A stretch of 58,987 nt of DNA, the filler included, from Platydemus manokwari (lineage: Eukaryota), in NCBI GenBank assembly GCA_037951405.1. It is 4 parts of 4 records of this genome, joined end to end, with 100 filler letters (N's around TTAATTAATTAA, not from the genome) between each part and the next. Parts side by side here need not be neighbours in the genome. Positions count along the whole stretch, not along the records: positions 1 to 13,221 come from JBBMOY011793616.1; positions 13,322 to 28,114 come from JBBMOY011392536.1; 2 more parts are not named here. One strand, given 5' to 3'. The notes beneath the pieces are model-generated. The model saw only the letters and a program-made list of their open reading frames with translations. It did not search any database and was not told the DNA's origin. A program made the position numbers and the translations under genes. Position 1 is the first letter of the stretch. Each line of letters starts with the position of its first letter. This document shows positions 1-13,412 of this stretch, piece after piece.

Positions 1-3000
1 GATAATCTCCGAAATTAGTTACAGTAAAAATAATTTTTTAGGAACTCATTTAAAATATTGTATCGATTCTTCTTCCTCTTTCAAACAGCCTATTAAATTC
101 ATTTTAAGATAATAATAATAATTTACAAAATATTTGTATATTATTTAAATTAAACTTATAATTTATTTATTTATATAATAAAATTAATAATTAAGAATAG
201 ATAAACATATTTTATTTCTTCTTGTTGAAGTAATATGTTGAGTGAAGATCAAATCCTGATAAAGAAAAGCGATTTCGTACCTTGAAACCCTTGTTTTAGC
301 AATTTAAGCATAGACACACCTACATAATCATACAAGCTTGACAACCAGCGAATCACAGATGACTTGAACAGAAAAATCATAATTTTACGAAAAACATAAC
401 TACACGACAAATTCAATATCATTCATAAATCGATGGGATAGTTTAAAGATTAAATGAAAAAATTATCAATATGCTGACTTCATAATGCACCACAACACAA
501 ACTGATGGGAACGTGCACCGTTTTTCTCTATATTTGCTTTTAGAAAAATATTAGCAGACATCATAGGAATTTTTGTTGAAATTATCTAAAGGATGCTTAG
601 TTATCCAAAACGATTGTCGCAACGAAATTTTATAGCTTAAACGAAATTTTAAATTTTTACCACTAAATACCACCAAAAATTTTATATTATGATAATAAAA
701 TGATAATCAATAATATATTCAAAACTGGTTATCAAGAAGAATATCAAATTTCATAACATATTATGGATTTACAAATGGATTATCAAAAAAAAGTATTATA
801 AAAATATTTGATGACCGAGATAATTTTGGTAAAGATGAAGAAACCAGCAAATAAACATAATTAATAAAAAGAAATAACAAAATTAATTAATTAGAAACGG
901 ATGAAAGGAGTTTTTTGGTCGAAATTATCTAAATGTAAAAATATATAAATAAAACTAAAATAGAATAATTATAATCAAAATTAAATTATTCTTCCTAAAT
1001 ATAAACAAATATTCAAACAAAATAATATTAAAAATAAATAATAAAATTAACTATTAAATAATTCAGTTTTGTTTAACTGAATCATTTAATTTAAAATAGA
1101 AAACAACTTCGTAAGACAGAAAAAGTCATGGATTTAGTATATTATCAGGACTAAATTCTCAACTTGTAAAGTTGGTGAGAAAATGAAATTTGTCCTGACT
1201 GAAGATAGTTAATCGGCGAAATAATTTCGAGCCATTGCAGGACAAAAAATATCAATTCGTGGAATGGTGGTTAACCAGCACGAAGTGGTGGTCAATTAGT
1301 TCTCTGCACTGTGATGCAGTATAAAAGTGAAGATTTTTAGTAGCTGATTGCCATAATTTTAGCTAGAAAATAATTGAACGAGAATTCCAAGACAGATTAA
1401 AACCCACAGAGTAAGAAGCTATCGATTAGAATTTGAAGAACAGTGAAATACTAAAATACAAATTTTGTAAAGATATTTCTAGATTATTTTAAGAAGAAGA
1501 TATACAGATATAGAAAATATAAAGAAAAATAATAAAGACGATATTTTCGAATTATTAAAGGAGAATTTTACGAATATATCTTTAAGATATTTCAAATATA
1601 TTGTCAGAATTAAACCAGAAGTAGTGCTCCCGTGATTGTTGTCACGCACCCTAGTAAGTAGTATAGCCCAGGAGTAAACGAAGGAAACATAGCAACGGGC
1701 AACCTAAACTTTTATAAAGGTTAAATATATATAAGAAATTATATGAATGCAATAAAAATAAATATGAGCTAAAATCTAGGGCTTAAAATTATAATTGAAA
1801 CAAAAAAAATTGTAAAATGAAATACCTCTAAATTAAATTCGACCATGTAGAAGATCATAGATTATCGAAAGTGAAACTAGTATCAATTTGTAGATTTGAT
1901 CAATGGGAATGAACGCTGCCGAGACCATCTGGGTTCAAGCCAATTATTGTAAGCAATATGATTTATTAATTTTTGCTTTATTTAAATTCTCAAAATATTT
2001 TTTCATATCTATTCTTGAAAGAGTTATTTTTAATTAATAAAACAAATTTTGTATTTAAATTATCAGCTTAAAAACTGGACTATAGCAATGTACAAGGTGT
2101 ATAGAAACCAAATAAATAATCAATATTAAAAAGATAAAAAGATAGAAAAATAAATATTAAATCAATAAATGCAAGCTATGTGTAAATAATCATAATATCA
2201 ATAATCAATAGAATAGGAATAAGGTATTCAAAGTTTTCGATTTTCCAGAAAATAAAACATGTACGAAATGTGAAATCGATAAATCAATAAAGATATTATA
2301 TACATAATTAAAATCATTATTATTAAATTATTACATAAATATGCCAAATAACAAGTAGATTAAATAAAATTATAAAATTATAAGATTATAAAAGATTTAT
2401 TGAAAATTATATTGAGGGCTTTCCATCTTCAAAATTAAACCCTTCATCAATGTTATAAAAAGAATTTTGGTTATAGAGCATTATTTATTAAAGTCTGTTG
2501 GTTTGATAAATCATTTGTTGACGACGTGTGGGGGCATTTACGAAATGTACATTTTTTGGAGCTTCAATTTTAATATCAAATAATTATTCCATGACTAAAA
2601 TATAAAAAGAAAACTTTTTCAATAAATGCGGGTCGTCTAGGAAGGATTTTAACTCCCAAAAATCAGAAATGTATAAAAAAATAATTGATTAGTAATTCAG
2701 TTTCTGATAAACATCAAGCATTAAAACAAATAAATAAGTAGTAGATATTTGATATTAAAAAACATAATTCAAAATAAAGAAAAATTAACAAAAAGAGATT
2801 TCAATAATTTTAAATTGGAAAATATCATTTAAGACAATCAAGAGAAAATCAGTCAAGAGAAAACTGAGGTAAAACACTTTTGTGATGAATTCTATTATTG
2901 TTGATAATTTCAGAAAATTATTCGGGGTTCGCATAAACGTGAAGAGAGCAATTCAATTGAGATAGAAAATTGAATGAAGGAATGATTTTGTTGAAAAATC

Positions 3001-3479
3001 AAAACAGAAATTTGACATCAGAGTTGGAAAGTGTAAATCAAAAAAGTGATGAACAAGAAAAACATGAAATTAAAAAATCGATTGAATTTTTATATCATTG
3101 TGTAGATTTCAGAATTAATTTTAAATGTAGAAGAGCAGCAACAAGACATCAATCAATTCTAGAAACAAAATCACACGATAGAAATAAAATCAGAAATTTA
3201 TTCTCACAATAAATTATTGATCAAATCGATAAAAATTTAAAAACGATAATCAATCACTTAAAAATTACTTCAATAATTTGATATTAGAAAATAATCGACT
3301 TAATTAATCTTTATTTGTGACAAGAAATGAAAATCTTTTCTTTGGCTGTTTATTACAAATTGTAAATATATAGTTTGTGAATGATCTTTCCTATGAGATA
3401 ACCATTCAAATTTAAATTAACAACAACACCAGTAAAACTTTAGGTATATAATTCAAATTAATGTACAAAAATAAATTCC

Positions 3480-4000
3480 AACAAGGTCTTGATTATATAT
3501 TATCATTTTGGTTATATCTTGTGTGAAGATTATGTATGACCATTAAATAAATTTTCGATGATTCATCTGTTATCATATCATAATGGAATAAGACCAAAAT
3601 TGTGAAAGACATAAAAGGAAATAAATAGATAGTCATTTCTTGCCATTACCGCATAAGGTTAGGAAAATTATTTGCAACAATCGGGAATAATTCAGAAACA
3701 ATAGCTAAATTACTAGTGAAATAAATAATATCTAAATCATTAACTGATAGAAAAAATAACTTTGTATATAATGCTATTCTAGAGACAACAGAATTATTTG
3801 AAAGAAACTAAAATCATTTCCATATAACCCATAAAGCTATAGACTAGTAGAAAGATTTAATCAGGCGTTGCAGAATAGCTTATCCAATTTTTGTAAGCTA
3901 TATTTCAAAATGATTGGACGAAAATATCAAAGGAAGTCTCTTGGCAGACAACACATCGATAACGAACCCTAGGATATTCACCATTTGATTTAATATACCT
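3480..4000 (+). mobile_element. Decayed LTR-retrotransposon (Gypsy-type) integrase remnant
   Basis: Broken translation KGNK*IVIS..NSETIAKLLV..LTDRKNNF..YNP*SYRLVERFNQALQNSLS..NDW..LGYSPFDL follows the rve core pattern (GNKYILV, TDxGxxF, YHPQSNGLVERFN, GYSPF). Confidence 0.7.
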
Positions 4001-4364
4001 AAGAGAAACATTTCTTATAATGGATTTTACATGTTATTAGTAATATCACAATCGATGTAGATTTAGGATTGTGTCACAATAATGAAAGAAAGACGAATTG
4101 AATTTTATCAAAAATGGGTTAACATTCATGTAATCAAGATCATTTAAGGGACTAGATAAATTGGTAAAAGTAACAGACAGGAACCTATACTTAATTTAGA
4201 ACAAAAATGAAGATCCAACTGTAGCATACATAAGTGGATATGAGAAGGTGGAAGAAAAAGTAGCAGCAAAATATACGAATAATTTACAACAAAAAAGCGA
4301 AACCAACATAAGATATAAATCTCCTGATAGGCAATCGACGAGACACAAAAGTTTTATAAATTAT

Positions 4365-4674
4365 GTTGTGCAGGTCGTGGACTGTTGATTTTACTGGTCT
4401 AATAGAGGGCTTCAATAGCTCGTATGAGAACGAAGCTATCGGAACTTAGACTGTATGAAAAGGTTGAAAATGATAACCCTGTAATATATGATCAACTGTG
4501 GGAACAAGGACTTGTGATATCCCGTTGACACCAGAGTAACCTATGAGTTGAAATAGTATCGATAATCTTATTGACCGAAATGACAACACTTTAAAACCCC
4601 TTTAATTAAATAATTAATTTAAGAACACGAAAATAAGTAATAATAAAGGAAAACAAAACAAGTTTTCCAAAATG
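4365..4674 (+). repeat. Dispersed repeat, copy A (inverted homolog at 41305-41612)
   Basis: Colinear shared blocks GATTTT..ACTGGTC, GCTTCAATAGCTC, AGCTATCG, ACAAGGACTTG, ATATCCCGTTGACAC and CAAAATG. Confidence 0.8.
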
Positions 4675-5889
4675 TTAGAACACTACGAAAGCAGATAACT
4701 ACTTGATACTCAATACCGTGTACAGGAAGGATTAAGTCAGGCAGACGGCACAATGTAATTCTTTAATAAATGATGAAATGGATTACTTAACAACAACTAT
4801 GCAATGAATCGGTGATAATAAAATAATCATACGAATACTGTCAGAATAGCTGAATACTGCGTTAGCTCGTGTAAGATTCGCATGTCTCGAAGTGATCACA
4901 GTTATCTTAGTTTAACTTTTGTTGTGGGTGAATGCTATGTTTTTCGTTTACTTTATAGTGTTTCCTTTGGTGCCGTTTCTATAACTGGCGCTATTTTTAT
5001 TCTTTGATATTAAGTTTTATTTCTTATACTTGTACAGCGCAATGGCTGTCACTAAATTTATTCTCTTTTGTTAATGCTTCTAGATGTTCCTTTTTAAATC
5101 TTATAAAAATCGAATATAATGAATTTTGGTTGTTACTATTTTTATTTCTTTGTTATCTGATTTATTTCGTTTTCTTTCTGGTCAGATAAAATATAACTTA
5201 TTTTATAAATTGTACTTTTATTGTTGTTATTATTGCAGTTATTATTATTATCAATCAATACACTGGCCTCGCTCACGACACAGGGACACTGAATTATTTC
5301 GATTATCCCGACAATAAAATATGGATGAAACCAAAAAGCAAGGGTAATGACGGATATGGTTCTCCTCAATTTATAAAGCTGACAGAAGTATAGAACAATC
5401 GGACTTTGTGCCTGAGCAATCAGATTTTCCTAAAATGATCAATCAAAAGAGTATCGAATCACCAACACCGACATTCTCTTTTTCAAGCAATCGATGGTGT
5501 GACTTACGGATTTATTGATCAACTAATGAATTGAATAAATTGCTTTATAAACATTTGAATTATCTGCTTTTAATTGAATTTCGTTGAATCGAAATTTAAA
5601 AATCTCTACAAACAAATTATAATCAATCAAAACGTAGAAAATTTTTAATTTATTCGAACCCCGATGATTGATTTGAAATTTTCTCAAATTTATCTAAGCT
5701 AATTTATTCAATTCCCGTAAAATGTTACTATAGAAACTTTTGATTCATATATCGATTTGAAAATTATGACTTAAAATTGAAACCAACAAGTTCGTGTAAA
5801 TTATCAAAATAGAATTCAAGATACAATTTATATTATTATAAACATTAATTTATTTAATTATTTATTTTTAATTCGCAAATACTCGGCAT

Positions 5890-6600
5890 AGAGAAGCAAA
5901 TGTGCTCCAACTGTTGTCAACTATTTCACTATTTTATTTCATGAGTTTTACAAAATTTTATGCTTGACATTGATGTGAGGTCCCACGAGTAATTTTTGTG
6001 AATTTCTTTGATTGTTGTCTTCCATGACTTCAATTTCTTTGTCCCAATAAGTAAGTGATCTTTTATTTTTATTGTCTTTTCAAATTCAGAATTTTTCCTT
6101 TTAAGTTATTATGTATTTTCCCTTCTGCCAACCTAATCACGTGTTGGTTAATTTTCTTTTATAGAAAATAAATATTATTTTGTATTTCCTATAAAATCAG
6201 AGATCTCATTCTTGCCAGCTTTTTTTCAGTGGTGACTCATCAAGATTTTGCATGGGCATCTGTTATCGACACATCTTTTAATTCAATTTCAGTAATATTT
6301 AATATCTTTAAAAATGCTTCTACTTTTTCTGCGGTTACAAATAAATAGTGCTGTTTATATCACAAATAATCGATATTTATTCAAAAACATTTACTGGTAA
6401 AACTGATAAACTCATTTTATTGCATGTTGTATATGAAGATTTAAAAACTTTAATTTTAAATTTTAAAAATATAATTTTGTGTTTGGATTTTTCAGTCGTT
6501 TTCAATGCCTGCTTTATTAAGTGGTAGAGCTTTGCATCAAATTTCCATTACTTGCGCAGCCATTTAAATGTATTGTTAATATTATTGAACAATTATTTGC
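5890..6600 (-). mobile_element. Possible highly decayed Gypsy pol fragment (protease-RT linker and RT start)
   Basis: Fragments QHVIRLAEGK and DKEIEVMEDNN resemble the HxIxL..EIxxMxxxxII region that precedes Gypsy RT; many stops. Confidence 0.3.
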
Positions 6601-6993
6601 ACCAATAATGAACTTTGATTTTAATCACTGTAAAAATGTAGACCTTTATAATTAAAAACCTTAGCATCGAAGCAGAATTTTATCAGAATGGCCAATAATA
6701 TTACAAGTTGATAATGAAAATCGAAGAATGAAGAAAATCCAGATCATAAAATTTAATTTGAGCAAATAGAATAACTTGGAGTCTCACAAGATTTTAATAT
6801 TTTATCATTTTCAATATTATGATTATTTTTCATTAACAACACCTTTAGTTCAATTCAAACAGTTTTTAGAACTAATGAGTTACTCTTATTAAGGACGACT
6901 GTGTATTGATATTTGAAATAAAGCTTGAATTATTCAATGTCAATAATCTTAAATTTTTGGTCTAATCAATAAACAATTTATCATTTATTATAG

Positions 6994-7040
6994 CAGTGGT
7001 TTTCAACCAGAGTTCGACCAGTACACTCCAGGGGTTACGC
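6994..7040 (+). mobile_element. hAT (Charlie/SPIN-like) terminal sequence, one end only
   Basis: CAGTGGTTTTCAACC followed by AGAGTTCGACC..CCAGGGGTTACGC resembles the CAGTGGTTCTCAACC terminus of Charlie-group hATs. No matching second end was seen. Confidence 0.45.
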
Positions 7041-7199
7041 AATTACTAATTTTTCAAACAATTCGCATTTCTCTAAACTGCTAAAATATTTGCTTTTCTT
7101 GATTGCTGAATTGACTCTTGTTTCCCTTTTACCATTTTCGAATGGAACCAACGAATATTTCTTAGTTCGTAATTATTAGCAATTTAATGCTGAATATCA

Positions 7200-7420
7200 T
7201 TAATAAACCTATTCTTCGGTTTGCCTTCTTTAACCCCCTTGTGCTGAGTTAAACATTGTGGAGAAAGTGCTTCGCCTATCATCGAGAGTCCATCTGCATT
7301 TCCATTATCTGATCCCTTCTAATAATGAAGTTCGAAATTAAATACGGATAAGTTTGCAAACTAAGTTTGAAACTGAGGTCTCTAGCAAATATGTGTTCTA
7401 ATGACTCAATCCCACTGACG
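7200..7420 (-). mobile_element. Gypsy RNase H C-terminal remnant, related to the 10.9-13.2 kb element
   Basis: A minus frame other than the listed ORF reads LSVFNFELHY*KGSDNGNADGLSMIGEALS, matching LSEFDFDLRYRKG*NHSNADGLSRINETLC of the larger element. Confidence 0.7.
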
Positions 7421-8244
7421 AGATAGGTACAGGAGATTGATTCCAGTTTTTTTGTTTTCCATGGAAAGTGAGCTAACACAATCTCTTGCTTCACTTTAGG
7501 TTTGAATATCAGCTTCATCTTCCTCGTCATGGGTACATAGTATTTTCCTCAAACTATTGTAACTGGACCTTCTGAGTAGAGATTATTTAATTTAAATCTT
7601 AATTTTGTTCTGCGATAGTAACACAGATTTATCAATAAAGGGGTGACAAATGGTTTAATAGACAAAATGCATATAAAGATGATGTAATAACTGTTTAGAA
7701 TGCGCATAGATCAGCAATTAAATCTGGGTTCAAGCCAATATTAATCAGATCAGGGAGATGTGATAGACTTAGTCTGGTTTCTATATCTAATGCATTAACA
7801 ATAATAGCTATAATACAACATGTAGCGAATACAAATCAAACATATATAATTGAAGCCAGTTAGAGATCTCATGACAAAGCACAACCATAATTAGGGAAAG
7901 AAAAATAAATACCGAAGTAAAGCGACATATATAGTTTAGGTGCCGAAATTTAATAACGTGCGCAGAAACATTATAAAGAAACATTAAATTTCTAAGAACA
8001 ACAGCCAGTTGGCAGCCCAGAATTATTACATTTTTGTATTTGATTCGTGGAGTATTTTTGATGAATTTTGCAGCTAATGATGTACGTGCTGATTAACAAG
8101 AATTGGTAAAAATAAAACTTTTGCAACTTTCAATTCTTCGAGACACTACAACTGGAACAATTAGCAAAAAAAATTGTTAGATCTTGTCAATTAATGGAAC
8201 TCGATCGATCCAATGCAGTTCTAAAATTATAAAACTAATACTAA

Positions 8245-8385
8245 CTTTTGCGTTATTTTATTGTTATGTTTCCTTACATCTTTCTATAGTTGTACATTCT
8301 TATTTTTGTGTTATTTATTGTTGTGCTTCATTAAATCTATCTATGCTTGTACATTACTATTTTTGTGTTATTTATTGTTTATGTG
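8245..8385. repeat. Imperfect tandem repeat, ~57-bp unit, ~2.5 copies
   Basis: CTATnnTTGTACATTnnTATTTTTGTGTTATTTATTGTT recurs at 8284 and 8341. Confidence 0.75.
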
Positions 8386-10849
8386 GCTATTATTTTATAT
8401 TGCAGCGCAAACATTTTAGCATCTCACATATATAACTTAATTATTTTTAATTAAATTAATAACAAAATGGAAGCATCAAATCTAAAATATTACAATTTAC
8501 TGTGTATTCTGAGGCCAGGTTTTCATTTAAAGCTCTAACGGTTTCAATATAAACATCAAATGCAATTTTGTTTGTTTAATTTAATCAGAAATATTAAGTT
8601 AGATCTTGAAAACAATTGGTTCTATTTTTTCTAAAACAAATAAATTAAATATTAACATTTCTTTTCCTATAAATATCGGTTGAGATGACAGCGGTAACGA
8701 TAACTAATACAAAGGTAAGTCAAATAATAAAATAAATAAACAATCAAGAAAGAAACAACTCCAACAATCCATGTATATTATGTAGCATGGCTTCACTAAC
8801 TTACAATTAAATAAAACTATCATTTTAAATATAAAATTTCTGTTTAGCCTGTGTTTATTTATTCTATAGTTGCTGCGCTTCGATTGCAAACTACAAATTA
8901 GATTGATATTTATGAAAAATTAATTGTAGAAATAAAAAGTTCTTATTTTAATCAATATTTTAACCATAGTGTATTTGCAACTATAAATTGCCTCCTTTAA
9001 AACCTCATAATTTAGAAATTTTGATATAATCGGTTCTATTTATATTTCTAAAAAGTCGGACAAATGCTGAATACGTGTTAACTTTCGTACTTACTGAATG
9101 GCCGCAAAAGGATGAATTAATTTAAATTTTGATTATCCATTCCTTCATTACAAAATTAACAAAAATATTTAATTATTTTATTAAATTAAATATAGTTCTT
9201 TGAAAAATAAATATTGCAAATTATTTTAGGACCTTGCAGCTCTCAGCGTAGGGACTAGTAATCTTATAACAAAAACAATTGCAGCTAATTAATTTGATCT
9301 TAATCACTATCTCTGGTTATTTGTTTATCGTTACTGTATTAATTAAATAATGTACATAATTCGTTATTACAATCATAAATTTTATATTATTTTAGAGAAA
9401 TTATATATTATCACATTTATATTTTTATTGTGCTTATTTATAATCAAATAATTTTATTAATAATATACACTACCTTCTGGAGCCCTTAAGAGCTCATATA
9501 GATATTAACATTAAACCTTCTGAAGTTTGGAGCTAATCTGTCACAATAATATTCTGTCACTGGGACGGGAATTAAGGAAAAATTATTTTAAATGCAAATT
9601 GAGTTTCCTGTTAATTGTTGATATTATTTCGTAATCAATAAACATGATGTTTTGAGTGCAATTGAAATTGTTATTGCATTGTTGTTATGGGGGTTTTCAT
9701 TTTTATTAATTCCCCATCATTATTTCGAAATACTAGGTTAATCTGGGGTTTACTGTTAGCACTTTCCTAACTGTCATTTTGAAAGGCGAAATTTATTATA
9801 TATATTCTAGATTCTTTTCTAAATTATGTTTATTCAATCAATCTAGTTCATTAAATTTATCAAAATTTTTATTGTTAACCGAAATTATCAATAATTCTAA
9901 ATTTTAATTATTATTAATCTCATATTTTTAATTATGATTAAAATTAATATTTAAAATTTAATTATTAATATTACTTATTTTCCGACGGCTTGAAATATTG
10001 CTCGTAACACGAAAAATGTAATAGAAATTATTAATTATAACTTAGAAAAAAATAATTTACAAAAGTTTACTCTTAACACAAAAGTTCAGCAGCCTAATTA
10101 TCAGAAGCAACTTGCTTTCTGCAAGCCTCGAAATTGCAAGTGAGCCTATTAAAGCATGTTTTTAAGGGCTCCTTTGGATTTATGCCTTATACTTGAAGAT
10201 TTTTCAGGCGGATTTGAGGTTAGCTTTGAATTGTTGACGGTTTATTCCATTTATTCACAATATAAGATGGATTGCAGATCCACCCACTGATTGTCTGAAT
10301 TGGCATTTTCATTTTGTTTTCCAATGTCTCATACAACGCGAATTTGTGATTCAAGAGAATTGTTAAGAGATTTCAATTGATTATTAATTTAAATTTATGA
10401 AGAAAAATTTGTAGAGGTATCATTGAGAAGATTTCAATGTAGTACTAATTTCTTAATATAGTTCATTTTTATTTAATTTCTTAATTTTTCTGGTTTGTTC
10501 ACTGTGAGCATTAAATTAAATTAAATGATAATAATTTTCAAATTTTAAATAATTTATAAGTAATTTTAAAATCATTATTTAAAATAAATAATTTTATAGA
10601 AAATTACTTTAAATAATAAATAAGATAATAAATTTTAAAAAATAGTTTTTTAAATTTTTCTATATAAAATAAGATAATTTAAAATTAATTTTATATTGTT
10701 ATATATAGACCTGATTAAGATTGTTTTTTAAACTTTCCGGAATTATAATTAGTTCAAAAAATTGTATTAAGTGTTGGAATTAAATAAATTTTAAGAAAAT
10801 GAGTTCTTCTGTTGAAACATCAATTACAAGCGAAGTAGCTGCTACTAAC

Positions 10850-13221
10850 AGGGAACATAGTGTTTCGTTTATCCTAGATAATCCATCTGCGTTGCTATGA
10901 TTCTATCCTTTTCTGTATCTTAAATCAAAATCGAATTCTGACAGCGCCGCCATCCATGTTTGAAATTGAGGGCTAATCGGTTTTCTTGTTGAGTTCAAGA
11001 ATACCAGGGCTTTGTGATTGGTTCTCGCGATGAATTTCTTCCCATGCAAGTATTGTCTAAAGTAAATAACATACTCGTGGATAACCAGCGGTTCCTGATG
11101 ACACAGTACACTTTCTCGTGACTAGTCAGTAATCGAGACCCATAGACTATAACTACTTTTGTTCCTTCTTCAGTAACCGCTCCAATTACACCAAAACCTG
11201 CGTCCGTATCGAGGACAAATATCATGTTTTCTCTTGGGCAATCCAAAGTTGGTGCTTCACAAAGTGCCGAATTTAGCTTCAAAAAACTTGTTTGACACGA
11301 TTCTGGCCATTTTAATTTCTTATCTTTACCTGCAGTTGCGGTGTATAGTGAAGCCGCTATTAATAATTCTTGATGAATCGCCTGTAATAGTTTGTCAGTC
11401 CTAACAATGATCGCAGCTTGCTGGTACACTGTAGTACTGGGGCATCTCGGATCTGTTCGATTTTGTCGCAATTAGTTCGTATGCCCTTGGCACTAACTGT
11501 GTGGCCTAAAATTCTCACTTCATCTTTGATAAGCGTACATTTCTCCGGATTCACTTTTAGTACCGACTTTTGAATTTGTCGAAACACGGCTTCCAGTAGA
11601 TCGTCATGCTCTTCCTGAGTTTTTCCGTATATTAACACATCATCCAAATATACCACAATGCACTTAAAGATCAATCCATCCAACAGCTTGTGCATTAGTT
11701 TTTGAAAGGTTGATGGTGCTGTAGATAGTCCAAACGGGAGTCTGTTGAAACAATATTGGCCGGTTCTTGTGCTAAAAGCTGTGAAATCTTGGGATCTAGG
11801 ATTTAGTTTGACTTGGTAATAAGCCTGTCCCAAATCTATAGAGGAAAATTATTTAGGATCCGCCAAACAATCTAGAAGTTGGTGAATATCAGGCATGGGG
11901 AAACTAAATTTTTCTGTCACTTCATTGAATCTTCGATAATCCACACACATCCGGTTAGATCCGTCCTGTTTTCCTACGATGAGCAGTGGTGAATTCTAAG
12001 CACTCTTGCGTAGTCTTATGACTCCCATTTCGAGCAAGTTTTTATCACGTCTTCAATTTTTGCTTCTAAGTGCACGGGCTGTCTTCTGGGATTCTGCGAA
12101 ATAGGATTTCCGGTAATTATAATATCGTAAAAAAATAAGTTGGTCCTGCCTAGATCCAATTTCGAAGCCATGATTAGTCTTCCAATTCTGCCCGTGTTCC
12201 CAGTCTTGATCGTTTCCATTGCGTGTTTCGATCTTCCATCATCTGTATATTTGTCGTTAAATTGTGATGAATCTGTTGTGACCACCTCTTTCAGCTGAAT
12301 ACCGAATGCATTCATCGTTTCAACACCTCCAATGAAATACTGACAAATTCGTTTTGCTATCACAACCCTAATTTTTCTTTTCTTTCCTTTCAACTCGGCA
12401 ATCACGTTAAAATAACCCAGACAGCATTCGGCACCCGTTGAGAATACTCCACTAAGCGTAATCAAACTATCCTGCAATTTTGGGCTTCCCATTTTCTTCC
12501 AATAGTACTCACTCATCACTGTGATAGACGCTCCCGAATCCCATAGCATCTCTACTTCAGCACCGTTGATGAACACATTACTTCACACACTAGCGTCGTC
12601 CTTCTTAAATATCTCTTCACGTCTTGTTATCTATTGATTCAACCCCACGACGAAATGTATGCGACCGAGTTTTTGTGTTTTTTTGATCTTCTATCTCGTG
12701 CATTACTGGGTCATCAATTGGATAAAACTGCTACTCGATTTCGTCTTGAATACATAAAATTCTACCTTCTACTCTGTGTCTGGTACCTCGTATTAGATGG
12801 CATTATCTGAAATGATGGCCTTCTTGTTCGCATATTAAACATTTGTGCCTTAAGAGGCAATGGCTTCTTTAGTGTCTGCTTTCTCTACAGCAGAAGCAAT
12901 TGTCTCCGCGCAATCGTTCTTTTCTTAGATCTGGCATGCCTCGACACTTATTGTAAAGTTCCTTGGCCAAGTATTTGAATACACTGGTCTCTCTCTCTAC
13001 CTAAAATGAACTTCTGTTCTGAAGCTATTGGCTCGGGGTTCCGTTTTCTGAAATCATGGGGTGGCTTCTAATTACTAGACTCGTTGCTTTCCTTTTTGTA
13101 CTGGTTATTCCACCGGTTGCTTTGTCCATTTTTTAGTGCTCGAGCATAGCTGTCTCTACAAATTGTATTGACTGCTTGAGAATCTCGTTGTACACTTTGT
13201 TCTCGATTCTCGAACACCTTT
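10850..13221 (-). mobile_element. Ty3/Gypsy LTR retrotransposon gag-pol fragment (zinc knuckles, protease, RT, RNase H), disrupted; integrase missing and 5' part lost in the gap
   Basis: Two CCHC knuckles (CFCCRESRH*RSHC, CLICEQEGHHFR*C, ~12800-12905); protease LWDSGASITV; RT FNRLPFGLSTAPSTFQ and VVYLDDVLIYG; RNase H FVLDTDAGFGVIGAV ending FDFDLRYRKG*NHSNADGLSR. Order PR-RT-RH, with several stops and frameshifts. Confidence 0.95.
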
Positions 13222-13321
13222 NNNNNNNNNNNNNNNNNNNNNNNNNNNNNNNNNNNNNNNNNNNNTTAATTAATTAANNNNNNNNNNNNNNNNNNNNNNN
13301 NNNNNNNNNNNNNNNNNNNNN
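13222..13321. other. Assembly spacer (N44-TTAATTAATTAA-N44)
   Basis: The same 100-bp structure occurs at three sites; the 12-mer puts stops in all six frames. Confidence 0.97.
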
Positions 13322-13412
13322 CATGATAATAAATATTTATTAAGAGTATATTTATAAATTATATTTAATAATTCCTGTCATTATTATTGTTATACAAATT
13401 GAAATGTTTCAG

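Noticed and set aside
9229-9262. Helitron 3' end (GC hairpin plus CTAG); similar hints at ~24630 and ~36665
   Set aside because: Hairpin-to-CTAG spacing is atypical and there is no 5' end or Rep/helicase sequence.
13266-13277. Palindrome TTAATTAATTAA at three sites as a biological motif
   Set aside because: Always centred in exactly 44+44 Ns, so it is an artificial contig linker; order and distance across these joins are also uncertain.
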